Source: Promethearchaeota archaeon (GTDB lineage Archaea > Asgardarchaeota > Lokiarchaeia > Sigyniarchaeales > SOKP01). From it: a DNA stretch of 25,652 bases. The notes under the pieces are model-generated. The model made no database searches and had not been told where the DNA came from. It saw only the letters and a list, made by a program, of their open reading frames with translations. Positions 9,227-17,651 of the stretch are shown here, piece by piece. Position numbers and translations under genes: made by a program. Each line of letters opens with the position of its first letter. Within the stretch, counting starts at the first letter, position 1. Where the stretch lies: assembly GCA_048941265.1 (NCBI GenBank), contig JBHLNT010000052.1, forward strand, positions 1 to 25,652, given 5' to 3'.

Positions 9227-9670
9227 ATGAAAATTAAATCAAGAAAACCAAACAAACAGAGAAAAGCGCTTTTCAATTACAAAAATCATCAAAGGTCAAA
9301 GTTAATAACTTGTCGATTAGCTGACTTCCTTTCAGATGAGTATGGAATCAAAAAAATTCCCCTTAGAGTAGGTGATTCTGTTAAAATCTGTAAAGGAGAA
9401 TATAGAGATTTTGAAGGTGAAGTATTAGAAATTGATAAGAATTTACGGGTGAAGGTAAAGGAAGCAGTATTTGAAAAATCTGACGGAACACAATTTCATC
9501 CCACCATTCATATCTCTAATCTCGTCATTACTAAATTTACGGAAACTGGAAAGAAAATGGATGGTTGGAGAGCAAGTATGATTGAGCGAAAAGCGGGATA
9601 TTGGGATGAGGGATATCTTGCTCCCAAGAAAACTAAACAAAAACTAGAAGGAAAGGAGGGGAAAGAATAA
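9227..9670 (+). CDS. rpl24p: 50S ribosomal protein uL24
   Basis: SRKPNKQRK, KOW motif PLRVGDSVKICKGEY...GEV, IHISNLVITK. Confidence 0.95.
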   Translation: MKIKSRKPNKQRKALFNYKNHQRSKLITCRLADFLSDEYGIKKIPLRVGDSVKICKGEYRDFEGEVLEIDKNLRVKVKEAVFEKSDGTQFHPTIHISNLVITKFTETGKKMDGWRASMIERKAGYWDEGYLAPKKTKQKLEGKEGKE

Positions 9671-10426
9671 ATGACTAGACATGGAGGCCAAAAGACTTTA
9701 AAAAGGTTAAATACCCCAAAATTCTTACAGATCAAAAAAAAGCATGGAACATTTTTCGTAAAAAGTTCACCGGGCCCTCATCCATCTAGAGACTGTTTAC
9801 CCTTATTACATATTATTCGTGATCTTCTTAAATTCGCAGATAATCATAGAGAAGCAAAAAAATTGATAAGCTTAGGCTATTTCAAAGTAGATGGAAAGGT
9901 TGTAAGAGATACGACTTTTCCTGTCGGATTAATGGATGTGTTAGGTATTGAAAAGATCAATAAAAATTTTCGAATATTGCCGGACTCACATTATGGTTTA
10001 ATATTACATGAAATACCTGAAGCAGAGAGTTCTTTTAAATTATGTAGAATTAACCAAAAAACTACAAAAAAAGGGGGGCATTTGCAGTTAAACCTTCATG
10101 ATGGGAGAAATATCTTAATTCGGGTAAACGATCCAAGAAATCCTAAGGAAGATATTTATAAAAGAATGGATGTTTTAAAAATTTCCGTTCCAGAACAAGA
10201 AATTCTTAAAACTTTAAACTTTAAAGAAAATAATTTAGCGATTATTATGTCTGGTAAAAATATCGGGCAAGTGGGAACTATAAGAAGTATAAAAAAGTTG
10301 TTTGGACCTAATGCTAGTACCGTATCCATTGAGCAAAATGGAGAACTAACCGAAACTTTATATGATTATACTTTTGTTATAGGTCAAGATCAATCTGAAA
10401 TTAGCTTACCAAAAGTAGGTACTTAA
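9671..10426 (+). CDS. rps4e: 30S ribosomal protein eS4 (S4e)
   Basis: LKRLNTP, PGPH, PLLHIIRD, VDGKV...FPVGLMDV, QLNLHDGRN, GKNIGQVG. Confidence 0.97.
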   Translation: MTRHGGQKTLKRLNTPKFLQIKKKHGTFFVKSSPGPHPSRDCLPLLHIIRDLLKFADNHREAKKLISLGYFKVDGKVVRDTTFPVGLMDVLGIEKINKNFRILPDSHYGLILHEIPEAESSFKLCRINQKTTKKGGHLQLNLHDGRNILIRVNDPRNPKEDIYKRMDVLKISVPEQEILKTLNFKENNLAIIMSGKNIGQVGTIRSIKKLFGPNASTVSIEQNGELTETLYDYTFVIGQDQSEISLPKVGT

Positions 10427-10449
10427 AAAAAAATAAGGTGAGATACTCA

Positions 10450-11040
10450 ATGTCTACCAAAACTAAAAAAGCTAAAAAAACTCAAGCAAATGAATTCGAT
10501 AAAGTATGGGAAAATCCTATGAAAAGACCATTTTTGGAAAAAATGGTCCTTAATATAGGTGTAGGAGCTGGTGGAGAAGAATTGGAAAGAGCAGTAGCTG
10601 TGCTTGAAACAATAACAGGTAAAAAGCCTGTAAAAACTATATCAAAAAAGAATGTTAAGGAATTTAATTTGAGGAAAGGAAGGCCCATTGGCTGTAAAGT
10701 AACAATAAGAGGAAATGAGGCAGAGAAATTACTAAAAAGATTAATAATAGTCAACAATAATAAAATCCTTAGAAAAAGCTTTGATAATTATGGTAATTTT
10801 GGTTTTGGAATTACAGAACATATTTCCATACCTGGTGTTGAGTATGATGCCCAAACAGGGCTCTGGGGACTCGATGTTATGGGAAGAATTGTACGACCTG
10901 GAATGAGAGTCAGATATAGAAGAAAACAAAGTTCCAAAATTCCAAAACATCATTATGTAAGTAGAGAGGAAGCTCAGTATTATTTAGAAAAAAATTATAA
11001 TATTCAAATAGTAAAAGAATTGGCTTTAGAATTCTTTTAA
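10450..11040 (+). CDS. rpl5p: 50S ribosomal protein uL5
   Basis: NPM...EKMVLNIGVG...ELERA...IGCKVTIRG...FGFGITEHISIPG. The GTG at 10438 is part of the SD AAGGTGA, so ATG 10450 is the likely start. Confidence 0.96.
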   Translation: MSTKTKKAKKTQANEFDKVWENPMKRPFLEKMVLNIGVGAGGEELERAVAVLETITGKKPVKTISKKNVKEFNLRKGRPIGCKVTIRGNEAEKLLKRLIIVNNNKILRKSFDNYGNFGFGITEHISIPGVEYDAQTGLWGLDVMGRIVRPGMRVRYRRKQSSKIPKHHYVSREEAQYYLEKNYNIQIVKELALEFF

Positions 11041-11061
11041 TACAATAAGGAGTGAAAGATT

Positions 11062-11211
11062 ATACCGCAATCAAAAAAACACGGCAAAGGAATCCGTGAA
11101 TGTAGAAGATGTCACACCCATAGAGGATTAATTAGAAGGTACGGACTCTATATTTGTCGGAGATGTTTCTACGAGATAGGAAAAGAGATCGGCTTTCGCC
11201 GGTATGAATAA
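11062..11211 (+). CDS. rps14p: 30S ribosomal protein uS14 (zinc-binding), missing from the ORF track; apparent ATA start
   Basis: Manual translation: (M)PQSKKHGKGIRECRRCHTHRGLIRRYGLYICRRCFYEIGKEIGFRRYE-stop, with CxxC...CxxC, between uL5 and uS8. An in-frame TGA at 11053 is followed only by AAG ATT ATA. SD AGGAGTGA at 11048-11055. Confidence 0.95.
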   Translation: MPQSKKHGKGIRECRRCHTHRGLIRRYGLYICRRCFYEIGKEIGFRRYE

Positions 11212-11240
11212 ACATAAAATTATAAAAATAGTGAGAAAAT

Positions 11241-11624
11241 ATGGTTAACACTTTGGCTAATATGGCGAATATGCTAAAGAACGCAGAATTCGCAAGGAAA
11301 AAAGAAGTAATTATAAGTCCTGCGTCTAATTTAATACAGCGTATTCTTCGTATCTTTCAAAAACATGCTTATATTGGCGAATTTGAAAGGTATGATGATG
11401 GTCGGCAAGGAAAATTCAAAGTTGCGTTGCTAGGAAAAATAAATGAATGTAAAGCTTTACTGCGTTTAAATTATAAAGTAAATCAATATGAGACATTAGA
11501 AAGAAAATTATTACCCGCACCTGGATTAGGGGTAATAATCATGTCCACGAATCAAGGCATTATGACAATGAAAGAAGCAGAAGAGAAACACATTGGTGGA
11601 CATACATTATGTTATATTTACTAA
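11241..11624 (+). CDS. rps8p: 30S ribosomal protein uS8
   Basis: LANM..MLKNAE, PAS, YIGEFE..DDGRQGK...LLGKIN, LPAPGLG..IMSTNQGIMT..EA....GG. Confidence 0.97.
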   Translation: MVNTLANMANMLKNAEFARKKEVIISPASNLIQRILRIFQKHAYIGEFERYDDGRQGKFKVALLGKINECKALLRLNYKVNQYETLERKLLPAPGLGVIIMSTNQGIMTMKEAEEKHIGGHTLCYIY

Positions 11625-11646
11625 TTCAAATATGAGGTAAATCAAA

Positions 11647-12228
11647 ATGGTTAAAGTAGCGTTTTTTGATGAAACATTGGATATTCCAAAAGGTGTGGAA
11701 GTGAAAATCGAAGGAAATAATCTTGTTACTGTGAAAGGGCCAGAAGGGGGGCCTATCACGAAAGATTTCAGTCACGCGAGAGGGATTAAAATTGAGCTTC
11801 AAGATAAAAAATTACGATTTACCGCACATTTCCCTAAAAATCCTACTATAGCATTAGCTAAAACAATAATTAATATTATAAATAATTTGGTTATAGGAGT
11901 ACAGAATAACTATAAATATGTTTCAAAAATATGTTATTCCCATTTCCCTTGCACTGTTGAGGTAAAGGAAAAGACAAAAGAAATACACGTTGTCAACTTT
12001 TTAGGTGAAAGAGCTCCAAGAAAAGCAAACTTTCCTGATAATGTGAAAATTGAAGTAAGTGGTGATGATGTTTACTTTATCGGACCAGATAAAGAGGCTT
12101 TAGGGTTAGCAGCTGCAAATGTTAAGAGAGCTTGCCGTATTCGAAAAAAAGATCCTCGTGTTTTTCAAGATGGAGTATATTTATATAAGAAACAAATTGG
12201 CAATGAAGTCATCTGGGAAATACTGTAA
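11647..12228 (+). CDS. rpl6p: 50S ribosomal protein uL6
   Basis: IPKGV, VKGPEG, YSHFP, NFLGERAPR, KDPRVFQDGVY. Confidence 0.97.
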   Translation: MVKVAFFDETLDIPKGVEVKIEGNNLVTVKGPEGGPITKDFSHARGIKIELQDKKLRFTAHFPKNPTIALAKTIINIINNLVIGVQNNYKYVSKICYSHFPCTVEVKEKTKEIHVVNFLGERAPRKANFPDNVKIEVSGDDVYFIGPDKEALGLAAANVKRACRIRKKDPRVFQDGVYLYKKQIGNEVIWEIL

Positions 12229-12252
12229 AAACTAAAAAAAGAGGTAAAAAAT

Positions 12253-12753
12253 ATGACTCAAAAAGAACGATTATTAGAAATTCGAAAGAATATAAAAAAG
12301 AAAAAACCTTCATTTAGAAGAGTTGAATCGTGGAGATATATTAGAGTTAAAGATTCATGGAGGAAAGCAAGAGGAATCGACAGTCAAACAAGAAAAAAAA
12401 AAAAATCTGGGGTTAAATCTCCCTCAGTTGGATATAGATCTCCTAAAAAAATACGTGGTTTACATCCTTCTGGCTATGAGGAAGCCAGAGTTGAAAGATT
12501 AAATGATTTAGAAAAATTAAATCCTCATAAACATGCCCTTAAAATATCTAGTAGGCTGGGCTCAAAGAAGCGAATAGAAATAGTTGATACTGCTCAGAAG
12601 AGAAATTTTAAAATATTAAACATTGGAGTGACTCAAAAAGAAATGGAAGAGTACGAAGCTATGTTAGAATCGCCAATTGAAGGCTTAGAGGAAGATGAAG
12701 AATTTTTAGATGAGGATGATTTTGAAGAATCCCTTGATGAAGAAGATATATAG
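12253..12753 (+). CDS. rpl32e: 50S ribosomal protein eL32 with acidic C-terminal extension
   Basis: KKPSFRR.ES.RY..V..SWRKARGIDS...GYRSPK..RGLHPSG...KKRIEI. Confidence 0.96.
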   Translation: MTQKERLLEIRKNIKKKKPSFRRVESWRYIRVKDSWRKARGIDSQTRKKKKSGVKSPSVGYRSPKKIRGLHPSGYEEARVERLNDLEKLNPHKHALKISSRLGSKKRIEIVDTAQKRNFKILNIGVTQKEMEEYEAMLESPIEGLEEDEEFLDEDDFEESLDEEDI

Positions 12754-12785
12754 GACTAAAATAAAAATAATGTATGTGATAAATA

Positions 12786-13241
12786 ATGAATTTAACTGCA
12801 CAAAAAAGAATAGCAGCGGAAATATTAAAATGTGGAGAAAACAGAGTGTATTTTGACCCATATCTTATGGATGAAATCAAAATGGCAATAACTAGAGAAG
12901 ATATTCGAAATTTAATTAAAGAAGGTATCATACAGAAAAAATATAAAAAAGGCGTTTCTAATCAAAGGAAAAATATTAGACATGAAAGAAAGAAAAAAGG
13001 ATTAGGTAGAGGTTTAGGTAAAAGAAAGGGTTCAAAACATGCGCGTATGCCCAAAAAGAGAGCCTATATAAAACGAATCCGCCCTATTAGAAGAGAATTA
13101 AGAAAATTGCGAGATAAAAAATTAATCACTCCCGCTAATTATCGAAAATTATATAGAAATGCCAAAGGTGGAATGTTTAATAGTGTGCGGCAGCTCAACC
13201 GATATATTAAAGATAAAGAATTACAAAGAAGAGGTAGGTAA
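12786..13241 (+). CDS. rpl19e: 50S ribosomal protein eL19
   Basis: QKRIAAEILKCGENRVYFDP, AITREDIRNLI, GRGLGKRKGSKHAR, YRKLYRNAKGG. Confidence 0.97.
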   Translation: MNLTAQKRIAAEILKCGENRVYFDPYLMDEIKMAITREDIRNLIKEGIIQKKYKKGVSNQRKNIRHERKKKGLGRGLGKRKGSKHARMPKKRAYIKRIRPIRRELRKLRDKKLITPANYRKLYRNAKGGMFNSVRQLNRYIKDKELQRRGR

Positions 13242-13243
13242 AA

Positions 13244-13837
13244 ATGGCACATGGACCGCGTTATAGAGTAGCCAAAAGGAGAAGATATGAAGGAAAGACT
13301 AATTATCATAGGAGATTGAAATTATTAAAGTCAAGAAAACTCCGAATTGTTATTAGAGCATCCAATAATCATATGGTTGTTCAATTTGTTGAATCTAAGA
13401 AAGGAGGTGATAAAGTTTTGGTATCTGCTTTTTCTAAAGAATTATTAAAGAAATATAATTATAATGCAAATACAGGAAATATACCTGCTTCATATCTTAC
13501 AGGTTATTTAGCGGGATTACGGGCAAAAAAAAATAATATTCAGGAAGCTATTCTTGATTTGGGAATATTTTACCACAGAAACCGTATCCTTGCTGCCTTT
13601 AAAGGGATAATTGATGCTGGCATTGAAGTTCCCTATAAAGAGGATTTCTTTCCCGAAAATTTAGAACAAAGAATAAAGGGAAATCATATTGAGAATTATG
13701 CTAAAATTCTTAAGCAAAGCGAGCCAGAAAAATATGATCAAATCTTTTCTGGATACTTGAAAAAAAATAAGATAAATCCTACTAAAATTAGTCAAACAAT
13801 AACCAATACTTTACAAAAAATAGAAAATAGTGCTTAA
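13244..13837 (+). CDS. rpl18p: 50S ribosomal protein uL18
   Basis: GPRYRV..RRRYEGKTNYHRRLKLL, RIVIRASN, GNIPASYLTGYLAG, AILDLG. Confidence 0.97.
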   Translation: MAHGPRYRVAKRRRYEGKTNYHRRLKLLKSRKLRIVIRASNNHMVVQFVESKKGGDKVLVSAFSKELLKKYNYNANTGNIPASYLTGYLAGLRAKKNNIQEAILDLGIFYHRNRILAAFKGIIDAGIEVPYKEDFFPENLEQRIKGNHIENYAKILKQSEPEKYDQIFSGYLKKNKINPTKISQTITNTLQKIENSA

Positions 13838-13856
13838 TTTAAAGAGAGAAAGATAA

Positions 13857-14471
13857 ATGAGTAGAACAAGAAGAATAGAGGAAGAATGGATTCCAAAAAC
13901 TAAACTTGGAGAATTAGTTAAAGAGGGATTAATTGACTTACCTCGGATTTTTCAAAATAATTTGGTTGTAAAGGAAAAAGAAATTATCGATATTCTATTA
14001 CCTCAATTGAAGGAAGATGTCATTAATATCAAAATGGTTCAACAAATGACAGCATCTGGGCAACGTTCAAGATTTAAAGCTGTTGTAATCGTAGGAGCCG
14101 ATGGATTCTTAGGTGTAGGTGCAGCAAAGAGTAGAGAAGTAGGACCAGCAATTAGAAAAGCAATTGATAAAGCAAAACTTTCCGTAGTACCTATCCAAAG
14201 AGGTTGTGGAAGCAAAGAATGTGGATGTGGTGGAACTCACAGCATTCCATTCAAGATTAACGGTAAATGTGGAAGTGTTCGCATGAAACTGATTCCTGCT
14301 CCTGCAGGAGTAGGATTGGCCTGTGCCGATAAAGTTAAACAAGTCTTAAGACTTTGCGGAATAGAAGATATTTGGAGTAATACGTTCGGAGATACTCGAA
14401 CAAGTGAGAATCTCGTAAAAGCTACTTTTGAAGCTCTTAAAAACGCCCATAAATTTAATTTTAATGTATAA
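13857..14471 (+). CDS. rps5p: 30S ribosomal protein uS5
   Basis: WIPKTKLGELV, VQQMTASGQRSRFKAVV, RGCGSKECGCG..HSIPF, LIPAPAGVGL, NLVKATFEAL. Confidence 0.97.
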   Translation: MSRTRRIEEEWIPKTKLGELVKEGLIDLPRIFQNNLVVKEKEIIDILLPQLKEDVINIKMVQQMTASGQRSRFKAVVIVGADGFLGVGAAKSREVGPAIRKAIDKAKLSVVPIQRGCGSKECGCGGTHSIPFKINGKCGSVRMKLIPAPAGVGLACADKVKQVLRLCGIEDIWSNTFGDTRTSENLVKATFEALKNAHKFNFNV

Positions 14472-14487
14472 CTATTGAGTGGTGGAT

Positions 14488-15015
14488 ATGGTTATGGCAA
14501 CAAATAAAAAAGCAAAAATGAAACAAGATACCGATCCCTCCAAACTCTTTTTTGCAGTGCGGATTAGGGGAGCTCCAGGTATGAAACGAAAAATATTAGA
14601 TACTTTAAAGATGCTGAGAATGCATAAAGTAAACCATGGAGTACTAATTTGGGCTGACAAAAGTTATAGAGGCATGTTAAATAAATGTAAGGATTATATT
14701 GCATTCGGAGAAATTGATGAAAAAACATTATTAAGATTACTAAGAGTAAGAGGAAGAATTGAGGGAAATAAACCACTCACGGATGAGCATATCAAAAATT
14801 TGACGGAATATAAAAATATTAATGAATTTGCGAAAGCTTTATTAGATGGTAAAATACAATATCGGGAAAAGTATGTATATAAGCTTAAACCAGTGTTTCG
14901 ATTACACCCCCCCCGAAAAGGTCATCGAGGTAATATTAAAAAACATTTTGGTGAGGGGGGAACTTTAGGAAATGTTGGTCCATACATAAATGATATAATT
15001 CATAAAATGCTATAA
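14488..15015 (+). CDS. rpl30p: 50S ribosomal protein uL30 (long archaeal/eukaryotic L7-type)
   Basis: AVRIRG...DTLKMLRMHKVNHGV...GML...DYIAFGE...KPVFRLHPPRKG...GGTLG. Start ATG 14488 or 14494; the upstream GTGs overlap the SD. Confidence 0.95.
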   Translation: MVMATNKKAKMKQDTDPSKLFFAVRIRGAPGMKRKILDTLKMLRMHKVNHGVLIWADKSYRGMLNKCKDYIAFGEIDEKTLLRLLRVRGRIEGNKPLTDEHIKNLTEYKNINEFAKALLDGKIQYREKYVYKLKPVFRLHPPRKGHRGNIKKHFGEGGTLGNVGPYINDIIHKML

Positions 15016-15033
15016 TGAGGATTAAAATTAATT

Positions 15034-15513
15034 ATGAGAAAGTTTCCTAAAAAAATTAGAAAAAAGAGAGGAAGCCGCACTTGTGGCTACGGTAGGGTAG
15101 GACAACATAGAAAGACCGGACAAAGAGCTGGAAGAGGCAAAACAACTCAGTGGAACAAAAGTAAAAAATCATATTATTTAAAACAAAAAGAGCTTGGATT
15201 TCCTGACCCCGATTGGGACTTTGGAAAGAAAGGTTTTAAACGACCGCAAGATATGGTTCGACTCTCTAAAATTAATGCTGTTAATGTAAAAGATTTAGAT
15301 TATAAAATTGAAAAATTAGTTGATGAGAAAAAAGCAACTAAATCAGGAAATACCTATACCATTAATTTGGAAAATATTAATATCCAGAAAGTGCTTGGAC
15401 GAGGAAAAATTAATAAAAAAATAAACGTATCTGTAAAGAAAGCTTCCGAACAAGCAATAGAAAAAATTGAAGCAGCTGGAGGAAAGGTTACAATTCTCCC
15501 AGAAGCAAAATAA
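15034..15513 (+). CDS. rpl15p: 50S ribosomal protein uL15
   Basis: RKKRGSRTCGYGRVGQHRKTG..AGRG, FGKKGF, KVLGRG, ASEQAIEKIEAAGG. Confidence 0.97.
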   Translation: MRKFPKKIRKKRGSRTCGYGRVGQHRKTGQRAGRGKTTQWNKSKKSYYLKQKELGFPDPDWDFGKKGFKRPQDMVRLSKINAVNVKDLDYKIEKLVDEKKATKSGNTYTINLENINIQKVLGRGKINKKINVSVKKASEQAIEKIEAAGGKVTILPEAK

Positions 15514-15549
15514 TTTTTAAAATATCTGTTTTTAGTTAGTCAATAATAA

Positions 15550-16695
15550 TTAACTTTTTTCTTGTCGAGCTAATTCGGCTTTCTTATTTGTTATTTTTGT
15601 ATATAAATCAGCTCTATCTAATGGAGGTTCTTTCTCATGCTCTTTTTTATGTAAAGTTATAGCCTCTGCCGGACAAGCTGAGACACATAGTCCACAACCT
15701 ATACAATGATCTCGCTTTACTGATGAAATTTCATTCATTATGGTGACCGCATCCATGAGACAGCGAGTCTCACAAACTCCGCATCCCGTGCAAATCTCCG
15801 AATCGACTTCGGCATAAAAATTACTTGAGATATATTCTATTGGTTTATCAAACCGTTTAATATGAGACGTGAGTTCACAGCAACATCCACAGCAATTGCA
15901 TATAAAAAAGGGTACTTGTGTATTATCCGGTTGGACAATAAATCCCGCTTCTTCAAACTTATCCACTAGTGTAAGAGCTTCCTCCTTAGTTAATTGGCGA
16001 GACCATCCTTTATCGAGCGAGATTTGTGCTCCCCTCCCTAATGTCATGCAAGTTTCGCGAATATCCGACAATTTACAAGGCTCTCCAAGAATATCCTTGC
16101 TTTTTCTACACACACAATCCATAATAGCTATTAATCCTTTTGTGATTGACTCATCTTCTATTATTGCTCTTACATTATCATATGTAGATATAGAATGTTC
16201 AGAGGAAATGCTCTGCCTAACTGGAATAGTGCGCAATTGGTTTATTTTTGTTCTCGTAAACTCATCCATAAACGCCTCTTCAATATATTGTTCAAAATCT
16301 TGTACAAAATCCTTGTTTAGACGATCTAACTGATATTCATACATGCCAACAGCTAAAAAGGCGATGGCATAATATTTTGTTTCTCTATTCTCCTCAACCA
16401 CTGTTGCATGTGCTATACTCCCTTTTTTATACATCCGATACAAAATCTTCTCGAGTTCCTCGATAGAAATTCCCGTTCTCTTTACACGCCTATAAATTTT
16501 TTTTAAAGGTTCCGGCGTGAGTCTCAGGTTTAAGGCAGTTTTAGCTTCTTCTGGAGTAAATAAATGCTTTAATATTTTAATTTCAACTCCAGAGTCCGTG
16601 GAAGGGTATCCAATGGGGAGATTATTGAGGTGTTGCCGTAATTCTATGTAAACTTCAAGATCATCATTTTCTCGAACTGATTCTCCTTCAGTCAT
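15550..16695 (-). CDS. 4Fe-4S cluster-binding protein (N-terminal HTH-like region, Cys-rich middle, C-terminal 2[4Fe-4S] domain)
   Basis: ILKHLFTPEEA, CVCR...C.......C, ICNCCGCCC, CTGCGVCETRC and CIGCGLCVSACP. Confidence 0.88.
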   Translation of the reverse strand: MTEGESVRENDDLEVYIELRQHLNNLPIGYPSTDSGVEIKILKHLFTPEEAKTALNLRLTPEPLKKIYRRVKRTGISIEELEKILYRMYKKGSIAHATVVEENRETKYYAIAFLAVGMYEYQLDRLNKDFVQDFEQYIEEAFMDEFTRTKINQLRTIPVRQSISSEHSISTYDNVRAIIEDESITKGLIAIMDCVCRKSKDILGEPCKLSDIRETCMTLGRGAQISLDKGWSRQLTKEEALTLVDKFEEAGFIVQPDNTQVPFFICNCCGCCCELTSHIKRFDKPIEYISSNFYAEVDSEICTGCGVCETRCLMDAVTIMNEISSVKRDHCIGCGLCVSACPAEAITLHKKEHEKEPPLDRADLYTKITNKKAELARQEKS

Positions 16696-16872
16696 TATAA
16701 TATCCCGTAAATATATGTAAACGACTTTTAATTACTTTTAATTAAGTTTTATTTACAATGTTATTATAATTATTGGTTAATTTATAAAAATTTTTTATCA
16801 AATTTCAGATAAGGATACAAAAATGAGAAAAAAATTATTTTTGCTAAAAAAATAATAATTACGTTTGTTAAT

Positions 16873-17499
16873 CTAATTTTCTGAAATATCAAGCATTTTA
16901 TATATCAACTGGATTAAACCAGGCAGAATAAAGATAAAACCAAGGATATTTCCAATAAGATGTACAGTAGTGAACGGCAATCCAATAATATAAGTTGCCC
17001 AAAAGGTATCTAATGTGCCAAAAATGCTTAAGGCTCCAATCAATGTGGAGAGAATGTCGTACACAAATGTAATTATTGCTCCCATAATCGCAAAAATTAA
17101 TAGCACGCGAAAAACATATAAATCTTCCTCTGGTTTAAAATATTCTCTGTTCTTCAAAAAGTTATGGGTCATTCCTCCTAAAATGCCGACTAAAGAATAA
17201 TGACCTAACTGATAAGCAAATAACGGTAAAGGGGATACACCATAAGGATTAAAAAATACAAATATAAAAGAGCTCATTAGTCCTATGATCGCTCCATCCT
17301 TTTTTCCTAATATAAATCCTGACAAAAAGATCATTAAAGTAACTAACTCTATATTAGGAATAAAAACTAACATATACCCCATAACTACGGTTAAAGCAGC
17401 AAACGTGCTTATGAGCACAATACGAAAAGTATTTTTTTCAAGCCAAGGACTTCCATTTGATTTTTCTTGCTCTATTTCTTCTGAATTCAATTTTTCCAA
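16873..17499 (-). CDS. ECF transporter substrate-binding (S) component, CbrT-like
   Basis: About six TM helices; FAAL in helix 1, IPNIELVTLMIFLSGFILGKKDG..IG, FNPYG, GLPFTTVHLIGN. TTG start with GAGGT SD. Confidence 0.82.
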   Translation of the reverse strand: MEKLNSEEIEQEKSNGSPWLEKNTFRIVLISTFAALTVVMGYMLVFIPNIELVTLMIFLSGFILGKKDGAIIGLMSSFIFVFFNPYGVSPLPLFAYQLGHYSLVGILGGMTHNFLKNREYFKPEEDLYVFRVLLIFAIMGAIITFVYDILSTLIGALSIFGTLDTFWATYIIGLPFTTVHLIGNILGFIFILPGLIQLIYKMLDISEN

Positions 17500-17546
17500 A
17501 AATACCTCTTTTTTGTATTAAAATATAAGGATGGGTTAAATTTAAA

Positions 17547-17571
17547 TATGTAGGATAATTTATCCTACATA
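17547..17571. promoter_or_regulatory. Perfect 12-1-12 inverted repeat in the divergent ECF-S / DUF4430 intergenic region (candidate operator)
   Basis: TATGTAGGATAA-T-TTATCCTACATA, directly beside a TTTAAA TATA-like element at 17541-17546. Confidence 0.6.
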
Positions 17572-17651
17572 ACCCTAAAATGAGAGAAGAATTTCTCTAT
17601 TAGTAAAAATTGATGAATAAAAAAATTACTTGTTTAATAAATATATAAATT

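Noticed and set aside
11038-11064. uL5-uS14 fusion by read-through (same frame, includes a TGA)
   Set aside because: It would need read-through of both TAA 11038 and TGA 11053. The TGA is simply part of the SD sequence.
14195-14360. Cys cluster in uS5 (RGCGSKECGCG)
   Set aside because: This is a normal feature of archaeal uS5.
15550-16695. Cys-rich Fe-S protein as a selenoprotein or novel system
   Set aside because: No in-frame TGA; the architecture is a common anaerobe 4Fe-4S family.
17500-17651. Cobalamin riboswitch
   Set aside because: The spacer is very AT-rich and lacks recognisable B12-box or core motifs; only the palindrome stands out.
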